Part shown: one piece after another, positions 58,698 through 64,000 of the stretch
Layout of the letters: every line of letters starts with the position of its first letter
Position numbering within the stretch: the first letter of the stretch is position 1
Origin: a virus
Length of the DNA: 64,000 nt
Virus record (IMG/VR): IMGVR_UViG_3300042691_032761
Strand: one strand, 5' to 3'
Made by a program: the position numbers and the translations under genes
The notes under the pieces: model-generated
What the model saw: the letters and a program-made list of their open reading frames with translations, nothing else
The model's database searches: none
Told to the model about the DNA's origin: nothing

Positions 58698-59413
58698 CCG
58701 CAACTTAAACTTTTTTCTCTAGCGTCTTTTGAATCTTTAACTGGATGGTATATTAAATTATCTGTAATTTCTTCAACTAATAATATAGGATTATATCTAA
58801 ATCTGCCAATATATTTTTTTAAATTATCATTTTCAATATAGTTAATATAACTTAAATTATTTTCTAGACACAAAGACGCAATTAATATTTCGTGAAACTC
58901 AAATTTTTTGTGTAGTCTTTGATAGTTTAGTATAAGTTTGATTAATTTATTAGATATCCTGCATAAAGGATTAAAAGATTGACTAGGATGTTTTAAATTA
59001 GAAATATAATTTTCTTTCCAATATTTCCAATTCGGATGATGAGATTGAGGTCTAACTTGTTTTGTTATAAAATCTTCATGAAAGTTATTAATACATTCAT
59101 GTATAAATTCATTAAGGCATTCATAGTTTTTACTGTAAACATCATCTTCTATAAAGAAAAAATAATTATATTTGTTATATAATTCATTATAACTAATGGT
59201 ATAAAATGCTTTATCCCATGCACTAGGCTTTTTAATATAAGGAGATCTTGTCAGATTATAAAAACCAGCATCAAGTAATTTTTTATCTAAATTGAGAGTT
59301 AAAGAATCACATACAGTTAAAAAATCTGTATGATTAGATGAAATAGAATTTTCTAAAGATATAATTTTTTTAGAACGATCTTTACACAATATTAGAACTA
59401 AACATTGATTCAT
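58694..59413 (-). CDS. putative glycosyltransferase-like protein
   Basis: SAWDKA, FFIEDDV, FHE, YHPVK. Confidence 0.5.
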   Translation of the reverse strand: MNQCLVLILCKDRSKKIISLENSISSNHTDFLTVCDSLTLNLDKKLLDAGFYNLTRSPYIKKPSAWDKAFYTISYNELYNKYNYFFFIEDDVYSKNYECLNEFIHECINNFHEDFITKQVRPQSHHPNWKYWKENYISNLKHPSQSFNPLCRISNKLIKLILNYQRLHKKFEFHEILIASLCLENNLSYINYIENDNLKKYIGRFRYNPILLVEEITDNLIYHPVKDSKDAREKSLSCG

Positions 59414-59577
59414 TTATTTCCTCTACCGACAGTATCTTAACAAGAATAGAATTTTGTTCAATTAAATTTAATTTGAAAAAATCTATAGCAGATTCTTTAT
59501 AGTGAGACTGAACCAATTCATTCATTAGAATAGTTTGTTTGGAAGGATCATTCAATTCATAAATTTGTGCAGTAATA

Positions 59578-60228
59578 TTAAATTTTTTCATTTTTCCACC
59601 CAAGAGCCTCTCCAATGGTAGGGAGTTGTTCTATGAAGATATTTTTACATTCGTTAGCAATATTCATATGTTCTTTTTGAGTTCCATTAGCAGAACGTAG
59701 TTCAATATAATGAATCCAAGATCGCACAGTGCCACTCATGTAAAGTCTTGTAGGAGTTGCTAGGGGCAGTATAAATCTGGCACATTCTTTAGCAATCCCA
59801 TCTTTGATCATGCCATCATAGATCGCTTTTGCTTTAGAAAAATGTTCTCTGATTTGAGTATTCCATTTTACAACTATTTCATGATCAATATCGTCAATGC
59901 TATTTTGTCTATTTTTATTGTCTTGACGCCTTAGTTCAAAAGGCTGAATATCATCGCCAAGCAAAGTTGCGTCAGCATATCTTTGACTGAATTCTTGAAA
60001 TGTGAAACTTCTATGTCTTAGAATCTGAGCAGCAAGACCTCTGGTGGTATTAATCTCCACTGTCATAAAACCATGCTCAAAAATACTCCAATGCTGATGG
60101 TCAATACAATACTTTAAAAGTTTAGCATAGTTGTCGTTGTTTTGATTATTTGGATTACTTACTCTCGCACAATAAGCCATTAATTTTTCAGCATCTGGAG
60201 TCACACTAACTAATTTCACTTGGCTCAT
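59578..60228 (-). CDS. thyX: FAD-dependent thymidylate synthase
   Basis: [34 protein letters not shown]. Confidence 0.95.
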   Translation of the reverse strand: MSQVKLVSVTPDAEKLMAYCARVSNPNNQNNDNYAKLLKYCIDHQHWSIFEHGFMTVEINTTRGLAAQILRHRSFTFQEFSQRYADATLLGDDIQPFELRRQDNKNRQNSIDDIDHEIVVKWNTQIREHFSKAKAIYDGMIKDGIAKECARFILPLATPTRLYMSGTVRSWIHYIELRSANGTQKEHMNIANECKNIFIEQLPTIGEALGWKNEKI

Positions 60229-60454
60229 CTTCTATTTCTCCATATTGTTTTTGGTGATCAACCCATCTATTTTCTGTCATATGATTATAAATAGCGGTTG
60301 CAACTTTACTCACACTAAGAGCAACACCAGTAGCATTAATGTCATCATTTTTGCACCAATAATAACTTGCTCCATTGATACTATCATCTTTTTCTTTAAT
60401 GATAGAGTATCCCCAACGCTTTGCCCAACTTTTGACTTCTGTAATTTTAAACAT
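60206..60454 (-). CDS. hypothetical protein
   Basis: 82-aa ORF following a promoter. Confidence 0.55.
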   Translation of the reverse strand: MFKITEVKSWAKRWGYSIIKEKDDSINGASYYWCKNDDINATGVALSVSKVATAIYNHMTENRWVDHQKQYGEIEDEPSEIS

Positions 60455-60456
60455 GG

Positions 60457-60768
60457 TTAACAGCCCATTGTATCAGTTCTTTTGGGTTTGTCAAGATGTT
60501 CAGTAAAAATAGAATCATCTTTATCATATCTTTTCCATGCGACTTTATGTTTGATTGCGACTAATTGTTTATTTAACTCTGTCATAGTTTTTCTTTGATA
60601 ATCAATCAAATTCCACAATTCTTTAATGTAATTTAATACATCATCATGTTTATATTGTATTAGCATTTTATTAATAGTATTTTCACTCATTGGCTCATAC
60701 TTTAGCGTAAGATCAAATTCTTCGCTCCAATCTTCTGGATTATACATCGGACTCATTTTTGTAACCAT
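60457..60768 (-). CDS. hypothetical protein
   Basis: 103-aa ORF. Confidence 0.5.
   Translation of the reverse strand: MVTKMSPMYNPEDWSEEFDLTLKYEPMSENTINKMLIQYKHDDVLNYIKELWNLIDYQRKTMTELNKQLVAIKHKVAWKRYDKDDSIFTEHLDKPKRTDTMGC
60467..60494 (-). promoter_or_regulatory. sigma70-type promoter
   Basis: TTGACA-N16-TACAAT with extended -10 TG. Confidence 0.7.
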
Positions 60769-60931
60769 TCCTTTGATTGAAGTTCTTTTTTAAAATGAAA
60801 TCCTGCGGCAAATCCTTCCATATAGAGTTTTTTCATAACACTAACATGAGACTTATTTTGTTGAATATATTCAAGGTTATTTGATACCCACTCATAGTAA
60901 CCTTTTTCTTCATCACATAATTCTTCTTCAA

Positions 60932-61552
60932 TCATTTTTTCACCTTAGCCACATTGTATTTTTTGTAGATTTTATTTATTCCAGAAATAACTGAAGGACA
61001 AGTTATATTAATGAGTTCAGTTTCATCATTATCAGTAATATAAGCCTGAATTTCATCATTTAATACTTCTTTACAATATCCTTTCTGTAGGATATATTTA
61101 TTTGTTTCCTTCAATTTTTTTTGATTTTTTTGAAGAAATGAGTCTATCTCAAATTTATATTTTGGATTAGATGCGTATAAAGCATGTGCCAACTCATGCC
61201 TTAATACACTATTATTTTGAGCCCCAATTATGTAAAAGTTATCGCTTCTATATCTAAATAAGTCTAGCAATCTTTGTTCCTCTGTTGTAAGAGGATCAAA
61301 AAGACCTTCTTTGAAAGGATTCAAAACATAACTTGGAAAATTAAAACCAACCCATGTTGTGTGATAATTATTTGCTCCATAAGTCTCAGAATACCATCTT
61401 TTAAGTTGTCCCTGTGTGAACACTTTCCCTTTAAAAAGGGGGCTGGCACTCTCGTAATGCTCTTGGAAACGCATAAAAGTCAACCCAAGTTCTTCCTGAG
61501 AGTCTGCCCAAACCCATACGCTATTATAAGGTTGTTGTTTGCAATTTATCAT
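60932..61552 (-). CDS. hypothetical protein with HExxH motif
   Basis: FMRFQEHYES, RHELAHA, DEIQAY. Confidence 0.55.
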   Translation of the reverse strand: MINCKQQPYNSVWVWADSQEELGLTFMRFQEHYESASPLFKGKVFTQGQLKRWYSETYGANNYHTTWVGFNFPSYVLNPFKEGLFDPLTTEEQRLLDLFRYRSDNFYIIGAQNNSVLRHELAHALYASNPKYKFEIDSFLQKNQKKLKETNKYILQKGYCKEVLNDEIQAYITDNDETELINITCPSVISGINKIYKKYNVAKVKK

Positions 61553-62865
61553 TTAAAATCTAACGTGGAATTGTATTCTGGCGGTAAATCTTGATTTAGA
61601 ATTGTTCTTTTTTCTTCTTTTAGGTCAGCAATTTCTTTTCTTTGTGTTCTAATTTCTTTCCTAAGATCATCATTTATTCTTTCAAGGTACTTGATTCTAT
61701 CAACTAATTCTTGAATATATTCATTTAGTTTATCATCCATTCTTTCTCCAATTTAGAAAGAGTAAGTTGTACCATTCTATCATCATAGAAGCAATCGTTC
61801 TCCGTGGCAACCAGTTCTTTATATTTATCAGACCAAATATCTGCTAAAACATTCATAACTGTTTGACCATATCTCCATTCAAAACTATGATCCAAATAAA
61901 TAGTATCAACTTTTTTAAGAAATTCATTAAAAGAAATCATAGTATTGCTCCGCCATAGAATAGTTCTAATCCTATAGCACAAGATCCATGATCTTCGTTT
62001 ATAACAATAGTGTTATCATCAATGACTTTAACTTTTTCTGATGTCCAAAGAATAGTTTCTACTTTTCCGTTTTGGTCATAGAAAAAGATATTCATTCCAC
62101 TAAATTTCCACCGGGTATAATCATGAGCCTTGCCATTTAAAACAAGCCTGATCATAGTTACCCCATCAAATCTATTTTTATCTTGAATCCATTCAAGAAA
62201 TTTGTTCACTCTACAGTGTACCATTCTTCAAACTCCAGTAAGTATAATTCAGCAAATGGCTCATTAATCCCATTAATACTATTACCTAGTATTGGCAATT
62301 CTACTATCTCTTGGGATTCTATAGAAGTCTCGTTCAAGATCATTAAGTTTACCTTGTAATATATTAAACTGTTGTTCAGTTATCATCTCTATTTTTATTA
62401 GCGTGTCAACAGATTTTTGTATGGATTTTAAATTTTGATGATGCACATAATTATTAGCAATCATTAGTCCTATAATGAAATATGCTAAACAAATTAGCCA
62501 AAAATTGAATTGTTCATTTTTCATTTAAATCTACCGTTATTTCTGCACCATCAAACTCATGCACATAATTACAGTCCTGTGGATATTGAGATGGAATACT
62601 TCGTTTTCGTAGTTTAAACTTTACATCAAAAATACCACTAAGTCCTTGATTCTGATAAAGATACTTGATTATAGCATCCTTAACATCCTCATCTGTCATT
62701 GATATATGTGTCTTATTATTTACTTTCATCGGTAATGCTCTTAAGTTTCTTTGTAAGATTATCTATAGTTTTAACTACAGGAGCAGTCAAGGCATAATCT
62801 TTCTTGTAAGATTGTAATGCGTCCATAATTTTCCACGCTTCGTTTTTGTTTATATCAATTTGCAT
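61549..62865 (-). other. run of about 6 small hypothetical ORFs
   Basis: Abutting minus-strand ORFs of 49-95 aa. Confidence 0.5.
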
Positions 62866-63227
62866 TATTTCCATTCATTTCTATAGATTCCGGGCTTTAA
62901 TCTTGGTTCGTAAGGCTTAACAATCCATCCCATCATCATTAAATCAAGTTTAATTTCTTCAGTTACAACGCTTTCGTTACCAGAACAATACCAATCCATG
63001 TACGTTCCATCTTTAATAATATCTGCAACTATTCCTCCAGCCATTCTCCAAGAACAAGTCCATTCTTTACCGCCATAAAAAAAACGATTATTACATAATG
63101 CCCCGTACAAATCTCGGCAATATTCTGGGCCATTGAGACATTTTGCTACAATACGCTCATTATTTAGAAGATCGTACTCTAGATCTGGATTATTAAGATT
63201 TTCTTTTATTGTGTCGTTCAAGTCCAT
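62865..63227 (-). CDS. phage hypothetical protein
   Basis: LYGALCNN, CSWRMAGGIVA, YMDWYCSG. Confidence 0.6.
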   Translation of the reverse strand: MDLNDTIKENLNNPDLEYDLLNNERIVAKCLNGPEYCRDLYGALCNNRFFYGGKEWTCSWRMAGGIVADIIKDGTYMDWYCSGNESVVTEEIKLDLMMMGWIVKPYEPRLKPGIYRNEWK

Positions 63228-63946
63228 AATGAACTCCTAATCTTAACTAATTCAATCAACATCTTTGTATCTTCTTGATCATAATCATTTAGCATTTTAT
63301 CTATTTTACGATAGTAATACTTACCATCTTTTTCTTTTGTGAAAATAGTGCTAGGATCAATTCTATTATCTCTATCAAGCCACCAATTGTAAAGTTGTAA
63401 AATCCTTTGAGCATCTATTGCTTGAGCGGTTGGTTCCCCATATTCCTCATGGTCTGGATTAAAACCATAATCTTCATTCAGTTTTAATTGACCTGCCCAG
63501 TTTAGGTAATCCAAACCCGCTTCTTTGCATCGGCCATTAACAAACTTATATTTTCTATCCTTATGGGCTTTCATCAAGTGGGCTTGTTCGCTCTCTACAA
63601 AAATAACCAACTCATTAAAAAGACCGTTCAGAATTCTCCAATCCAAATCATAATAAGTTCCCGGCTTTAGTCCGGTGCGAAGATAGTGAAGTTTATCAAT
63701 ATAACGATTACGAACATAAATTTCTATCGTATTGTAAACATCTAGTGGAAAGTTCACAATATTCTGCAAAATATCCAAACCTTCCTCTGCCAACCAATAT
63801 CGGTAAGGATGTTTCTTTGCTGATGTTTGTCTCCAAGTTTCCCATTCGTCCCAAGGCAAAGCGTGGGGCTTTTCTTCGCCTCTAATAAGATTGGCAAAAT
63901 TTGAGCAACTCCAATAATTTATTCTGGTTCTTTTGTTTAGTTTCAT
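63218..63946 (-). CDS. phage hypothetical protein
   Basis: LYNWW...LIELVKIRSSLWT. Confidence 0.6.
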   Translation of the reverse strand: MKLNKRTRINYWSCSNFANLIRGEEKPHALPWDEWETWRQTSAKKHPYRYWLAEEGLDILQNIVNFPLDVYNTIEIYVRNRYIDKLHYLRTGLKPGTYYDLDWRILNGLFNELVIFVESEQAHLMKAHKDRKYKFVNGRCKEAGLDYLNWAGQLKLNEDYGFNPDHEEYGEPTAQAIDAQRILQLYNWWLDRDNRIDPSTIFTKEKDGKYYYRKIDKMLNDYDQEDTKMLIELVKIRSSLWT

Positions 63947-64000
63947 AGGTCTATGTTAATAAAATAGTGTTCTAAGGTTGCAAATACATGTGTTCTTATT

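Noticed and set aside
1-64000. Stop-codon reassignment
   Set aside because: Genes tile densely in the standard code, TAA, TAG and TGA all end genes, and no suppressor tRNA was seen.
1-64000. Bacterial chromosome origin
   Set aside because: rIIA/rIIB, dNMP kinase, homing nucleases, many tiny ORFans and single-strand dense packing indicate a phage, although no capsid or terminase gene is in this window.

Overview
A 64-kb segment of a large, AT-rich, probably lytic dsDNA bacteriophage genome. It is densely packed, uses the standard genetic code, and has every credible gene on the minus strand except one HNH endonuclease. From left to right it holds: (1) a replication/recombination module (DNA polymerase III alpha split into two genes around a DEDDh exonuclease, PD-(D/E)XK exonuclease, dNMP kinase, primase, DnaB, RecA); (2) nucleotide metabolism (PhoH, class II RNR, dCMP deaminase); (3) a membrane/secreted-protein cluster with a papain-like peptidase, LamG and holin-like proteins; (4) a catalytically degenerate DeoC, ClpP and a sigma-70 factor; (5) a nucleotide-sugar/glycosylation island with GuaC; (6) SET, NDT-like, macro, trypsin, an actin-fold protein resembling volactin/MamK, and RuvB; (7) a probable early region with an AEP/RepB primase-like gene, rIIA/rIIB, kinase, HhH glycosylase, DNA ligase, UvsE and ThyX. 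RNA genes are tmRNA (tag GTNQLALAA), tRNA-Leu(UAA) and tRNA-Ile(UAU), plus two unexplained structured RNAs. Two recurrent promoter families are visible: sigma70-type promoters, mostly with 16-bp spacers and often a CGAT box, and a GTGTA-(A/T) element. All family calls come from manual motif recognition; no searches were run. A Planctomycetota-like host is only an inference.
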